DNA of 63,922 nucleotides, filler included, from Vicugna vicugna (GCA_013265495.1; 72 parts of 71 records of this genome joined end to end with filler, not necessarily neighbours in it), one strand, 5' to 3'; positions 48,310-61,535 are shown, counted from the first letter of the whole stretch. Notes: generated by a model from the letters alone, not told the origin. Numbers and translations are program-made.

Positions 48310-48826
48310 AATTCTGTGTTATAAATCCTATATTCGAATTTCTATATTCAGTATACTGTTATCTATATTTTAAATTCTGTGTTTTGCATTCCAAGTTCTC
48401 AATTCTGGGTTTTGTATTCTGTTTTCCATATTCTATATTCTGTATTCTACATTCTATGTTCTGTAAAATATATTCTGCATTCCGTATTCTATATTCTATA
48501 TTCTGTGTTCTACATTGTATATTTTTAAATGTATATTCAGTATTCTGAGTATTCTGTATTCTATATTGTAAATTCTGTGTTCTACATTGTATATTCATAT
48601 TCTATATTCAATATTCGGTATTCTATAATCTAAATTCTGTGTTCTGTATTCCATGTTCTATATTCTGGTTTCTATATTCTCTTCTCGATATTTTGTGCTC
48701 ATTATCCTATATTCTATATTCTATATTCTGCATTCCGTAGCCTATATTCTATATTATGTGTTCTACATTCTGTATTCTAATTTCTATATTCAGTAAACTG
48801 TATTCTATATTATAAATTCTGTGTTC
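48310..48826 (+). repeat. Heptamer satellite (family E)
   Basis: ATTCTAT variants. Confidence 0.92.
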
Positions 48827-48926
48827 NNNNNNNNNNNNNNNNNNNNNNNNNNNNNNNNNNNNNNNNNNNNTTAATTAATTAANNNNNNNNNNNNNNNNNN
48901 NNNNNNNNNNNNNNNNNNNNNNNNNN

Positions 48927-49609
48927 GGAGTGATTTCCACCTAACAGATTTGTAACTTACATGAATTCCTTTAACATTGTATTCCTTGTTCCGTACATGC
49001 TACATGCATGACGGATTCGGCAAACATGAATTTCTGAGTTGTGAGCACGTTAATTACTGAACTTTCATCCACCAAACAAGGCTTATATACACTTAGAAAT
49101 ATTTACTCTGACTTCATAGGTCTTTTCTATCACCAGGATCTGAAATAGGACATTTGGAACCAGGAAAACTCTTTGAGAAAATTGTCACCAATACAACCAA
49201 TACACATTTACAATGTTTACATAACCATGGCATTCCGTATTCGGATCATGTTTCATGCACAAGATTTCCTCCAACATGCATTTCTGAGTTGTGGACATGC
49301 GCATGACTGATGTTTCATTTCANNNNNNNNNNNNNNNNNNNNNNNNNNNNNNNNNNNNNNNNNNNNNNNNNNNNNNNNNNNNNNNNNNNNNNNNNNNNNN
49401 NNNNNNNNNNNNNNNNNNNNNNNNNNNNNNNNNNNNNNNNNNNNNNNNNNNNNNNNNNNNNNNNNNNNNNNNNNNNNNNNNNATGCATTCCGGTGAACAT
49501 GTAGAGTACTGATCTTTCATTCTTTACAAAGAGAATATTTCCAGCTGGACATGTGTCCACATTTTCACAAGCTTTCCCTAACAAAAGTTACGAATTCATG
49601 CAATGCATT
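48927..49609 (+). repeat. 246-bp satellite (family D)
   Basis: 'gttccgtacatgctacatgcatgacggattcgg' and further family D blocks. Confidence 0.88.
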
Positions 49610-49709
49610 NNNNNNNNNNNNNNNNNNNNNNNNNNNNNNNNNNNNNNNNNNNNTTAATTAATTAANNNNNNNNNNNNNNNNNNNNNNNNNNNNNNNNNNN
49701 NNNNNNNNN

Positions 49710-50036
49710 AAGAAAAAGAAAAATGCCATGTGATAAAGCTAGTATGTGGAATCTTAAAAAAAAAAAAGATACAAATGAACTTATCTACAAAACAAGAACA
49801 GATTTATGGACATAGAAATCAAACTTATGGTTACCAGCAGGTAAAGAGGGTGGGAAGAGACAAATTGAGAATTCAAAAATTGCACCTCTTGGAAAGTGAT
49901 GGAAATGTTAGCTACCTTGATTGTGGTTGTGGTTTCTTGGGTGTATACATCTATCAAAATTCATCAAACTGTACATCTGAAATGTGTGCAGTTTACTGTA
50001 CAGGAACCATACCACAATAAAGGTGTTAAAAAAAAA
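49710..50036 (+). mobile_element. LINE-1 3' UTR pieces: a younger copy (49710-49880) abutting an older L1M-type 3' end with AATAAA and A tail
   Basis: 'gatacaaatgaacttatctacaaaacaag...aacttatggttacc', then 'gatggaaatgtt...ttgattgtggttgtggtttc...caataaagg'. Confidence 0.75.
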
Positions 50037-50085
50037 GTTGGCAAGAGAGTTTGAGAAGGTTCACCGTGTTACACAGAACACCTTC

Positions 50086-50342
50086 TGCATCACCCCTGGG
50101 CCTGGAGTTCTGTCTGACTCCTGAAGGAAGGAGTCAGAGTGTGTAGGGGATGAGTCCCAAACCCTGGAGTGCAGGATGCCCAGGGAGATGGTACATAAAG
50201 ACTCCTAGAAGATATGCATCACTTGTGGGCCTGGAGTTCTGTCTGACTCCTGAAGGAAGGAGTCAGAGTGTGTAGGGGATGAGTCCCAAACCCTGGAGTG
50301 CAGGATGCCCAGGGAGATGGTACATAAAGACTCCTAGAAGAT
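50086..50342 (+). repeat. Tandem duplication, period 129 bp
   Basis: 50097-50213 is identical to 50226-50342. Confidence 0.92.
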
Positions 50343-51593
50343 TATTCATTTAGAGACCAAGCCACAGTCTGGGACAAATTCAGGAAGGGACCATTCAAAA
50401 CCCCAGGACCATTTGTAGGCAGCTCTCAGGTAGACCCCAGTCCTCCCATCCTTTCTCCTCCGGCCACCCCCCACCACTCTATCTACTCCCTAGTGTCGCA
50501 CAAGCCTTCACAACAGAGCTGCCTGACCCCAGCCACTCTGGGAGTCTTAAGATTTTTGTTCTTATTTGGACTCTGAAAGGTAGTCATCTGTGACTTCCAG
50601 CCACTCATTAAAATCTTCTCANNNNNNNNNNNNNNNNNNNNNNNNNNNNNNNNNNNNNNNNNNNNTTAATTAATTAANNNNNNNNNNNNNNNNNNNNNNN
50701 NNNNNNNNNNNNNNNNNNNNNACAGACATACTTTTCTATGTATATATATATAAAATCTCAGCCAAATCCAACACTTCACATGGTAGAATATTATGCAGCC
50801 ATGAAAAAGTGTGTCCAGGAAAATATTTTATGACAAGTCAAAGTGTTATGCTTATGATAAGCTTGAGAATAAAATTAATATATAAAATGATTTGTAATAT
50901 ACAAACAATGCACAGTTCTGAAGGGATTATGTCAACAGGTAGAAGNNNNNNNNNNNNNNNNNNNNNNNNNNNNNNNNNNNNNNNNNNNNNNNNNNNNNNN
51001 NNNNNNNNNNNNNNNNNNNNNNNNNNNNNNNNNNNNNNNNNNNNNNNNNNNNNNNNNNNNNNNNNNNNNNNNNNNNNNNNNNNNNNNNNNNNNNNNNNNN
51101 NNNNNNNNNNNNNNNNNNNNNNNNNNNNNNNNNNNNNNNNNNNNNNNNNNNNNNNNNNNNNNNNNNNNNNNNNNNNNNNNNNNNNNNNNNNNNNNNNNNN
51201 NNNNNNNNNNNNNNNNNNNNNNNNNNNNNNNNNNNNNNNNNNNNNNNNNNNNNNNNNNNNNNNNNNNNNNNNNNNNNNNNNNNNNNNNNNNNNNNNNNNN
51301 NNNNNNNNNNNNNNNNNNNNNNNNNNNNNNNNNNNNNNNNNNNNATGTGTGAGGCCAGTAGAATGAGGGGTATTATTAGTCTTAAGCCAACTGAGATCTA
51401 CCTCTGGTGCTTCAGAAAGAGTGGGTCATTCGAGCTTAAATCACAGGGCTAAAAACAGAAGGGAGGTTATTTATCCTAAAGCTAAATCTGGGTNNNNNNN
51501 NNNNNNNNNNNNNNNNNNNNNNNNNNNNNNNNNNNNNTTAATTAATTAANNNNNNNNNNNNNNNNNNNNNNNNNNNNNNNNNNNNNNNNNNNN

Positions 51594-52743
51594 TACAATC
51601 CCTAAGTTTGCCTTCCCTGATGACTTGTCTATGCCAGAATGCGGGGGAATGTGTGGTTCAGCCTTGACAAACAAGTACAATCGAGTGCCTCTCCACGGGA
51701 TGTGGAGGTCTTTAAACTGCAATCCACAACCTGTGAATACCTGTGCCCCTTGCAAGATGTGTAGATCTGTTTCCCCAACTCCAGCACACACACGAAGAAC
51801 TCTTCGGNNNNNNNNNNNNNNNNNNNNNNNNNNNNNNNNNNNNNNNNNNNNNNNNNNNNNNNNNNNNNNNNNNNNNNNNNNNNGGATTGACATCCCTGAT
51901 TGTTTCCTTTGGCCGCGATGTGAGTTAAGGTGGGGTTGGGCACTAAACCAAAGTAATAGCGAGTGCCTCTCTATGAGCAGTGGAAGTGCTTACCTACATC
52001 CCCAACCTGGGAACACCTCTGATCAAATAAATAAACGTGGACTTTGTTTCCCCACTTCCAGGACACACATGAAGAACTTTTCTGGTATCCTGAGTGTGGG
52101 GAGGCTCTTCCAACTGACAGCAGCACCTGGGATCTAATAGAATCACTTGGCTTGAAATCCCTGAGTGTTTCCATAGGCCGGGCTGTGAGCGAAGGTTTGG
52201 TTGTACACTAAACCAAATTATTAGCGAGTGCCTGTCTATGAGCAGTGGAAGTGTGTAACTACATCCACAACCTGGGAACACATGTGCCCTCAGAAAGATG
52301 CGTGGACTCTGTTTCCCTCCTCCAGCACACATACGGAATTGGGTTCAGATGTCTTGAGTGTGGGGAGGTTCTTCCCAATAACAGCAGCGCCTGGGATCAA
52401 ATACAATACCTTAACTTGTTTCCATGATGGATTGAAAAGGCCGGTGTGCGGGGGAAAGTTGGGATTTGGCTCTAAACCAAGTATTAGCGAGAGACTATCC
52501 ATGGGATGTGGNNNNNNNNNNNNNNNNNNNNNNNNNNNNNNNNNNNNNNNNNNNNNNNNNNNNNNNNNNNNNNNNNNNNNNNNNNNNNNNNNNNNNNNNN
52601 NNNNNNNNNNNNNNNNNNNNNNNNNNNNNNNNNNNNNNNNNNNNNNNNNNNNNNNNNNNNNNNNNNNNNNNNNNNNNNNNNNNNNNNNNNNCCCTAGAAG
52701 TAAGCGATGGTGGGGAATGGGCTCTAAAGCCAAGTATTAGCGA
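51594..52743 (+). repeat. Diverged ~265-bp satellite (family B)
   Basis: 'gcgag' anchor at 51959, 52224 and 52487. Confidence 0.87.
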
Positions 52744-52843
52744 NNNNNNNNNNNNNNNNNNNNNNNNNNNNNNNNNNNNNNNNNNNNTTAATTAATTAAN
52801 NNNNNNNNNNNNNNNNNNNNNNNNNNNNNNNNNNNNNNNNNNN

Positions 52844-53592
52844 CGTTTTCCCTGTAAAACCGAATTGGAGCTTGTACCTCCCCATATAAATGTTTGGAGA
52901 GGTGTTTGCAACTGAAAGGAAACTTTGTGTTTCCTTCAAGCTAGGTGAAGGACGGCTTTCACACACACTTATCTCTCAGAACTGAGCATGTGGAGAGACG
53001 TTCGTTCATCCAGCACAAAGGGAACGGGTTGCAGGAGAAACAGTGACTCTGCTTNNNNNNNNNNNNNNNNNNNNNNNNNNNNNNNNNNNNNNNNNNNNNN
53101 NNNNNNNNNNNNNNNNNNNNNNNNNNNNNNNNNNNNNNNNNNNNNNNNNNNNNNNNNNNNNNNNNNNNNNNNNNNNNNNNNNNNNNNNNNNNNNNNNNNN
53201 NNNNNNNNNNNNNNNNNNNNNNNNNNNNNNNNNNNNNNNNNNNNNNNNNNNNNNNNNNNNNNNNNNNNNNNNNNNNNNNNNNNNNNNNNNNNNNNNNNNN
53301 NNNNNNNNNNNNNNNNNNNNNNNNNNNNNNNNNNNNNNNNNNNNNNNNNNNNNNNNNNNNNNNNNNNNNNNNNNNNNNNNNNNNNNNNNNNNNNNNNNNN
53401 NNNNNNNNNNNNNNNNNNNNNNNNNNNNNNNNNNNNNNNNNNNNNNNNNNNNNNNNNNNNNNNCTCAGAACTGAGCATGAGGAGAGACGTTCGTTCATCC
53501 AGCACAAATGGAACGGTTTGCAGTAGAAACACTGACTCTGCTTTCTTAGTCTGTTTCCTAGTGCCGTTTCGAAGTGCCTGCCGTTTTCACTG
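52844..53592 (+). repeat. ~249-bp satellite (family C)
   Basis: 'ctcagaactgagcatgtggagagacgttcgttcatccagcacaaagggaacggg'. Confidence 0.9.
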
Positions 53593-53692
53593 NNNNNNNN
53601 NNNNNNNNNNNNNNNNNNNNNNNNNNNNNNNNNNNNTTAATTAATTAANNNNNNNNNNNNNNNNNNNNNNNNNNNNNNNNNNNNNNNNNNNN

Positions 53693-54464
53693 CTATCACC
53701 AGTTTCAATACTCACACTTTGATCCGACAAAAACCCTTTTGGAGCGAATTCTACCTTAGAGATATGTAAGTTGAATAGATCCCATCTACATGATATTCCG
53801 TGTTCCGTACATGCTACATACATGACGGATTCGACAAATATACATTCCTGAGTTGCGGTCATCTGGATTACTAATCTTTCCTCCTCTATANNNNNNNNNN
53901 NNNNNNNNNNNNNNNNNNNNNNNNNNNNNNNNNNNNNNNNNNNNNNNNNNNNNNNNNNNNNNNNNNNNNNNNNNNNNNNNNNNNNNNNNNNNNNNNNNNN
54001 NNNNNNNNNNNNNNNNNNNNNNNNNNNNNNNNNNNNNNNNNNNNNNNNNNNNNNNNNNNNNNNNNNNNNNNNNNNNNNNNNNNNNNNNNNNNNNNNNNNN
54101 NNNNNNNNNNNNNNNNNNNNNNNNNNNNNNNNNNNNNNNNNNNNNNNNNNNNNNNNNNNNNNNNNNNNNNNNNNNNNNNNNNNNNNNNNNNNNNNNNNNN
54201 NNNNNNNNNNNNNNNNNNNNNNNNNNNNNNNNNNNNNNNNNNNNNNNNNNNNNNNNNNNNNNNNNNNNNNNNNNNNNNNNNNNNNNNNNNNACCATGGAA
54301 TTCCGTATTACGAGCATGTTTCATGCATCACGGATTCCTCAAACATGCACTTCTGAGTTGTGAACATGCGCATGACTGATGTTTCAACCACCAAACAAGT
54401 TACCCATGCACACTTAAATATTAATTTGACTTTGTAGCTTCTTCCTATCACCAGTTTCAATACT
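53693..54464 (+). repeat. 246-bp satellite (family D)
   Basis: 'ctatcaccagtttcaatact' at 53693 and 54445, about one higher-order unit apart across a gap. Confidence 0.88.
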
Positions 54465-54564
54465 NNNNNNNNNNNNNNNNNNNNNNNNNNNNNNNNNNNN
54501 NNNNNNNNTTAATTAATTAANNNNNNNNNNNNNNNNNNNNNNNNNNNNNNNNNNNNNNNNNNNN

Positions 54565-54987
54565 TATTGTGTTTTGATTTTTTTCTTCTTTTTATTAAGG
54601 CTTTTAAAATACATCTAAACTCAACTCCTAATCTGCTTCAACTTGCTCTTCTATTATTGATTATACACTGTTTTCAAACCTTCTTTTCCTCCATTCTTTT
54701 GAAATTCTCTCTCTCGTTTTTAAGTTGTATTCCCGCATAGGCTTTATATAGATAAATAAATAAACTCCTTTAAGGACCAACCACAATAGATAACTAATAC
54801 TCCTTAAGCCACAGTGCCAGAGAGATATGAGCAGTATGAAGAAGCAGAGGCAGTACTCCCAATTAAAAGAGCAAGATAAATCCCCTGAAAGAACGATCAA
54901 TGAAATAGATATTGATGGCCTACTAGTTCAAGATTTCAAAAGAGAAGTGACCAAATTACTGAAGGAACTAAAATAGATAGTGTTTAG
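54565..54987 (+). mobile_element. LINE-1 5' UTR end and ORF1 start (premature stop)
   Basis: ATG at 54836: MKKQRQYSQLKEQDKSPERTINEIDIDGLLVQDFKREVTKLLKELK*. Confidence 0.75.
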
Positions 54988-55087
54988 NNNNNNNNNNNNN
55001 NNNNNNNNNNNNNNNNNNNNNNNNNNNNNNNTTAATTAATTAANNNNNNNNNNNNNNNNNNNNNNNNNNNNNNNNNNNNNNNNNNNN

Positions 55088-56430
55088 TTTTCTCTTGCTG
55101 CCTTTAGGATCATTTCTTTATCCTTCAGTCTGACCATCTTGATTTTGATATGTCTTGTTGTGAGTCTCTTTAGGCTCTTCCTTTTTGGGAACCTCTGAGC
55201 CTCCTGTACTTGGGTGTCTGATTTTTTCTTTATGTTTGCGAATTTTTCAGTCATGATTTGTTTAAATACCTTTTCCATCCCCTTTGTTCTTTCTTCCCCT
55301 TCTGGAACTCTTATGATGCATAGATTGGCATGCTTTATATTATCTCATAGGTTCCTTATATTGTTTTCATTGTTTTTTATTTTTTTCTCTCANNNNNNNN
55401 NNNNNNNNNNNNNNNNNNNNNNNNNNNNNNNNNNNNNNNNNNNNNNNNNNNNNNNNNNNNNNNNNNNNNNNNNNNNNNNNNNNNNNNNNNNNNNNNNNNN
55501 NNNNNNNNNNNNNNNNNNNNNNNNNNNNNNNNNNNNNNNNNNNNNNNNNNNNNNNNNNNNNNNNNNNNNNNNNNNNNNNNNNNNNNNNNNNNNNNNNNNN
55601 NNNNNNNNNNNNNNNNNNNNNNNNNNNNNNNNNNNNNNNNNNNNNNNNNNNNNNNNNNNNNNNNNNNNNNNNNNNNNNNNNNNNNNNNNNNNNNNNNNNN
55701 NNNNNNNNNNNNNNNNNNNNNNNNNNNNNNNNNNNNNNNNNNNNNNNNNNNNNNNNNNNNNNNNNNNNNNNNNNNNNNNNNNNNNNNNNNNNNNNNNNNN
55801 NNNNNNNNNNNNNNNNNNNNNNNNNNNNNNNNNNNNNNNNNNNNNNNNNNNNNNNNNNNNNNNNNNNNNNNNNNNNNNNNNNNNNNNNNNNNNNNNNNNN
55901 NNNNNNNNNNNNNNNNNNNNNNNNNNNNNNNNNNNNNNNNNNNNNNNNNNNNNNNNNNNNNNNNNNNNNNNNNNNNNNNNNNNNNNNNNNNNNNNNNNNN
56001 NNNNNNNNNNNNNNNNNNNNNNNNNNNNNNNNNNNNNNNNNNNNNNNNNNNNNNNNNNNNNNNNNNNNNNNNNNNNNNNNNNAAATGAGAATTGTAAACG
56101 TATAGAACTGTTTAAAAAGTAAAGATTAAAAAGCTAATAGAAAATAAAACAGGTATAAAAAGATTTAAAAAACAAAGATTTGTTCTCCTAGAGACTGAAC
56201 GCTCTTAATGGTTTTATTGAGAGGTCTTTGTGTCTTCGCCCTGTTTCATGAACTCAGCATGCTCTGTTTGCCCCCTCATCTGTGCGGCTCACAGTGTCCA
56301 TTGGCAAGAAGATTGCGCCCCTCCAACACTGGGTCAGGTGCTGCTCTCCTTCGCGGTGGGCAGGTGGGTCACTCCCCATCCGGATGCCACAGTCAGTGCT
56401 GTGTCAGTTGCTCCATAGGTGGGCTCAGCT
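55088..56430 (-). mobile_element. LINE-1 ORF1 and probable 5' UTR (gapped)
   Basis: EKVFKQIMTEKFANI..QVQEAQRFP..TTRHIKIKMVRLKDKEMILKAARE (L1 ORF1p); more GC-rich 5' UTR-like sequence after the gap. Confidence 0.85.
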
Positions 56431-56603
56431 TCAAGAAGAACAGGTTTATGGAGATATCATTCACATACCATAAAATGCAGCCTTTGAAAGTGTGCATTAG
56501 GGTNNNNNNNNNNNNNNNNNNNNNNNNNNNNNNNNNNNNNNNNNNNNTTAATTAATTAANNNNNNNNNNNNNNNNNNNNNNNNNNNNNNNNNNNNNNNNN
56601 NNN

Positions 56604-57166
56604 CAAGTATTTGCGATGACCTCTCTTTGGTTTGTGGAGGTGTTTAAAATTCTTCCCTTACCTGGGAACACCTGTGCCCCCATAAAGATCCGTGGAGTCT
56701 GTTTCCACACCTCCAGCACACACACGAACACTTGCACAGTTATCCTGAGAGTGGGCAGCCTCCTCCATGAGAGCAGGGCCTTGGTTCTTATAAAATTGCT
56801 TAACTTGTCTACCCTGTTTGGTTGCCTGATACTGAGTGCTGGGGATAGGGTGGGTTGGGCTCTAAATCCAAGTATTAGCGAGTGCTTCTCCATGGGATTT
56901 GGAGGATATTAACCAAAAACCCACAAAATGGGAATACCTGTGCTCCTTGAAAATTGCGTGGACTCTTTATCCCCACCACCAGAACACACATGCAGAAGTT
57001 TTCTGGTATCATGAGTGTGAGATGGCACTTTCAGGTGACAGAAGCGGCTGGGTTCTAATAGAATCCCTTAGCTTGTAATCCCTGAGTGTTTCCCTAGGAC
57101 TGACTCTGAGAGAAACCTGGGGGTTGGGCTTTGAGGCCAAATTGTAGCGAGTGCCCCCCGATGGAN
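56604..57166 (+). repeat. Diverged ~265-bp satellite (family B)
   Basis: 'caagtatt' at 56604 and 56869 (period 265). Confidence 0.85.
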
Positions 57167-57265
57167 NNNNNNNNNNNNNNNNNNNNNNNNNNNNNNNNNN
57201 NNNNNNNNNTTAATTAATTAANNNNNNNNNNNNNNNNNNNNNNNNNNNNNNNNNNNNNNNNNNNN

Positions 57266-57747
57266 AGGAACCTCCCCACACTCAGAACCCCAGAACAATT
57301 CTTCCTGTGTATTCTGGACGTGGGGAAATAACACATGCATTTTTCAGGGGTCACAGTAATTCCCAAGTTGTGGGTTGTAGTTGAAACATCTCCACTACCA
57401 ATGGAGAGGCACACGCTAATACTTATTTTTAAATTCCAAATCCCACTTTCAACCACACACTGGCCTAGGCAAACCATCAGGGAAGACAAGCAAAGGGATT
57501 CTATTAAAAGCTAGACGCTGATGTCAGTTGGAGGAACTACCGCACCCTCAGGATACTGGAACCCAACCTTGTGTTTTGGGGAGATTTGAAGCCCCACTCC
57601 ATGCAGATGAATAATCAGGTGTTTCCCTTTATGGAGAATTCATCTAAATACTTCCTCACTACATCGGGGACACTCACAACTATTTGGCTTCAAAGCCCAA
57701 AATCCAGGTTTCTCTCAGAGTCAGTCCTAGGGAAACACTCAGGGATT
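57266..57747 (-). repeat. Diverged ~265-bp satellite (family B), reverse orientation
   Basis: 'tttctctcagagtcagtcctagggaaacactcagggatt' is the reverse complement of ~57077-57115. Confidence 0.82.
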
Positions 57748-57847
57748 NNNNNNNNNNNNNNNNNNNNNNNNNNNNNNNNNNNNNNNNNNNNTTAATTAAT
57801 TAANNNNNNNNNNNNNNNNNNNNNNNNNNNNNNNNNNNNNNNNNNNN

Positions 57848-59705
57848 TCCCCACGCTCATGATTCCGGAACCATTTTCAGTGCGTGGGGGAGGTCGAGAG
57901 ACAATCCAAGCAGCTCTCTACAGTCACAGGTGTTCCCTGTTCGGGGAAGTCCNNNNNNNNNNNNNNNNNNNNNNNNNNNNNNNNNNNNNNNNNNNNNNNN
58001 NNNNNNNNNNNNNNNNNNNNNNNNNNNNNNNNNNNNNNNNNNNNNNNNNNNNNNNNNNNNNNNNNNNNNNNNNNNNNNNNNNNNNNNNNNNNNNNNNNNN
58101 NNNNNNNNNNNNNNNGTCAGTGCGTAGCTCGAGAGACAACTCCACGCAGCTCTCTTCACTCACAGGTGTTCCCTGTTCGGGGAAGTCCGAGAAATACCTT
58201 CCCTGACCTTGGGGAGGCAGCCACTGTCACTGGGATGGGATANNNNNNNNNNNNNNNNNNNNNNNNNNNNNNNNNNNNNNNNNNNNNNNNNNNNNNNNNN
58301 NNNNNNNNNNNNNNNNNNNNNNNNNNNNNNNNNNNNNNNNNNNNNNNNNNNNNNNNNNNNNNNNNNNNNNNNNNNNNNNNNNNNNNNNNNNNNNNNNNNN
58401 NNGCTCGAGAGACCACGCAGCTCTCTTCAGTCACAGGTGTTCCCTGTACGGGGAAGTCCGAGAAATAACTTCCCTGACCTTGGGGAGGCAGCCTCTGTCA
58501 CTGGGATATCCTGCAAACCCCCCCCCCCTACCCTGGCACGGAGAAATTAGGAAAACCCTCAGGGAGACGAACTTAGGCTTTCNNNNNNNNNNNNNNNNNN
58601 NNNNNNNNNNNNNNNNNNNNNNNNNNTTAATTAATTAANNNNNNNNNNNNNNNNNNNNNNNNNNNNNNNNNNNNNNNNNNNNGGAGGCAGCCTCTGTCAC
58701 TGGGATATCCTGCAAACGCCCCTAGCATTCCCTGGCACAGAGACATTAGGAAAACCCTCAGGGGAGACGAGCTTAGGCTTTCCGTTAGAACCCACGTGCT
58801 GCCGAAATTTGGTGGAACCTCCCCAAGCTCAGGAATCCGGAAATATTGTCAGTGCGTGGGGAAGCTCGAGAGACAATTGCACGAATCTCTCTTCACTCAC
58901 AAGTGTTCCCTGTTAGGTGAAGACCGAGAAATAACTTCATTGACCTTAGGGAGGTATCCTCTGTCACTGGGATATCCTGCAAACCCCCCTAGCATTCCCT
59001 GGCACAGTGACATTAGGAAAACCCTCAGGGGAGACGAGCTTAGGCATTCCGTTAAAACCCAAGCACTGCCGACCGTTGGTGGAACCTCCCACGCTCATGA
59101 TTCTGGAACCATTTTCAGTGCGTGGGGGAGCTCGAGAGACAACTCCACGCAGCTCTCTTCAGTCACAGGTGTTCCCTGTTCGGGGAAGTCCGAGAAATAA
59201 CTTCCCTGAACTTGGGGAGGCANNNNNNNNNNNNNNNNNNNNNNNNNNNNNNNNNNNNNNNNNNNNNNNNNNNNNNNNNNNNNNNNNNNNNNNNNNNNNN
59301 NNNNNNNNNNNNNNNNNNNNNNNNNNNNNNNNNNNNNNNNNNNNNNNNNNNNNNNNNNNNNNNNNNNNNNNNNNNNNNNNNNNNNNNNNNNNNNNNNNNN
59401 NNNNNNNNNNNNNNNNNNNNNNNNNNNNNNNNNNNNNNNNNNNNNNNNNNCCGAGAAATACCTTCCCTGAACTTGGGGAGGCAGCCTCTGACCCTGGGAC
59501 ATCCTGCAAACCCTCCTTGCATACCCTGGCACAGAGACTGTAGGAAAATCCTCAGGGGAGACGAGCTTAGGCATTCCATTACAACCCACGCGCTGCCGAC
59601 AGTTGTTGAAACCTCCCGACGCTCAGAATTCCGGAAACAATGTCAGTGAGTGTGGAAGCACGAGAGCCAACTCCACGAATCTCTCTTCAGTCACAGGTGT
59701 TCCCT
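57848..59705 (+). repeat. 267-bp satellite (family A), two scaffolds (57848-58582 and 58683-59705)
   Basis: Family A unit throughout. Confidence 0.92.
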
Positions 59706-60703
59706 NNNNNNNNNNNNNNNNNNNNNNNNNNNNNNNNNNNNNNNNNNNNTTAATTAATTAANNNNNNNNNNNNNNNNNNNNNNNNNNNNNNNNNNNNNNN
59801 NNNNNGCAAAAGTATAGGGACACACACTTGTCAAAAGAGAATACAAAGTTAAATCTAACCAATCCATGTTGTGCAGATTTTCCCTTCATTCAGTGCAAGT
59901 TTAAAATGTATAAATTATTTTGATCAGAAATCATCAATAAAATCTTAACTCAAAAACAAAAACAACAGAAGTTTCTTTTCACACAATGCCCGTTTGTTCT
60001 NNNNNNNNNNNNNNNNNNNNNNNNNNNNNNNNNNNNNNNNNNNNNNNNNNNNNNNNNNNNNNNNNNNNNNNNNNNNNNNNNNNNNNNNNNNNNNNNNNNN
60101 NNNNNNNNNNNNTTGTGAAAATGAATTGCACATTAAAGGTTCTGGCTCCCGACGACCTTGAGTTTTCCAAATAATGTTTTTCAAGACATTTAACTAAATG
60201 CAACTATTGTGTAAGGAGATGGTAGTTGTCAATATGAACACTTCAATAAAGTAGAAGTAGTCATGTTGAATTTTTTGTATCCAATTATTCATTATATGTT
60301 ATATGTTAACACATAATCTATCAATTATTTGTTAACTATCACAATTAAATTTGTCAGAATTTTTGGTAAAGCCACTACCAAAAACAGCAATGACTAAACA
60401 TGCTTTTATAAGGATCAAGCAACCAATGCAGTTTAACACATGATCCATTAGAACCTCTCTTATCAAATCCTGGAGTTCTTTGACAGGTGGAAAAGTGTAA
60501 ATACTGTATACATTACAGAAGATATCTTACAAAATTCTATCAATAAATATCCATAAATCTATTGCATGTCACTGTTAAAATTCAATTTCACTATTCTGTT
60601 GAANNNNNNNNNNNNNNNNNNNNNNNNNNNNNNNNNNNNNNNNNNNNTTAATTAATTAANNNNNNNNNNNNNNNNNNNNNNNNNNNNNNNNNNNNNNNNN
60701 NNN

Positions 60704-61435
60704 GCTCAGGTATCCTGATTGTGGGAAGTCTCCTCCAAATGCCAGCAGAGCCTCGGTTCTTATAGAATCAATTAGCTTGTCTTCCCTGATGGCATTCCTA
60801 GGCTGGAGAGGGGTGGAATGTGGGGGTTGGGCTCTAAACCATGAACTAGCGAGAGCCTATCGATGGGATGTGGCTGTTTAACCTACAACCCACAACCATG
60901 AAATAACTGTGCCNNNNNNNNNNNNNNNNNNNNNNNNNNNNNNNNNNNNNNNNNNNNNNNNNNNNNNNNNNNNNNNNNNNNNNNNNNNNNNNNNNNNNNN
61001 NNNNNNNNNNNNNNNNNNNNNNNNNNNNNNNNNNNNNNNNNNNNNNNNNNNNNNNNNNNNNNNNNNNNNNNNNNNNNNNNNNNNNNNNNNNNNNNNNNNN
61101 NNNNNNNNNNNNNNNNNNNNNNNNNNNNNNNNNNNNNNNNNNNNNNNNNNNNNNNNNNNNNNNNNNNNNNNNNNNNNNNNNNNNNNNNNNNNNNNNNNNN
61201 NNNNNNNNNNNNNNNNNNNNNNNNNNNNNNNNNNNNNNNNNNNNNNNNNNNNNNNNNNNNNNNNNNNNNNNNNNNNNNNNNNNNNNNNNNNNNNNNNNNN
61301 NNNNNNNNNNNNNNNNNNNNNNNNNNNNNNNNNNNNNNNNNNNNNNNNNNNNNNNNNNNNNNNNNNNNNAGGCCATATAGTAGAGAGTGTCCCCGATGGA
61401 CTGTGGAAGTATTAAGATCAATTCTCCCTAAAGGT
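60704..61435 (+). repeat. Diverged ~265-bp satellite (family B), gapped
   Basis: 'ggtatcctgattgtgggaag...gtcttccctgatggcattcctagg...ggttgggctctaaacc'. Confidence 0.8.
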
Positions 61436-61535
61436 NNNNNNNNNNNNNNNNNNNNNNNNNNNNNNNNNNNNNNNNNNNNTTAATTAATTAANNNNNNNNN
61501 NNNNNNNNNNNNNNNNNNNNNNNNNNNNNNNNNNN

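Noticed and set aside
53000..53029. CENP-B-box-like halves in satellite C (gttcgtt ... gggaacggg)
   Set aside because: The halves are separated by about 13 extra bases, which is incompatible with the 17-bp box.
59806..60603. AT-rich unique sequence resembling a 3' UTR or a decayed DNA transposon
   Set aside because: I could not support any ORF, terminal repeat or gene identity.
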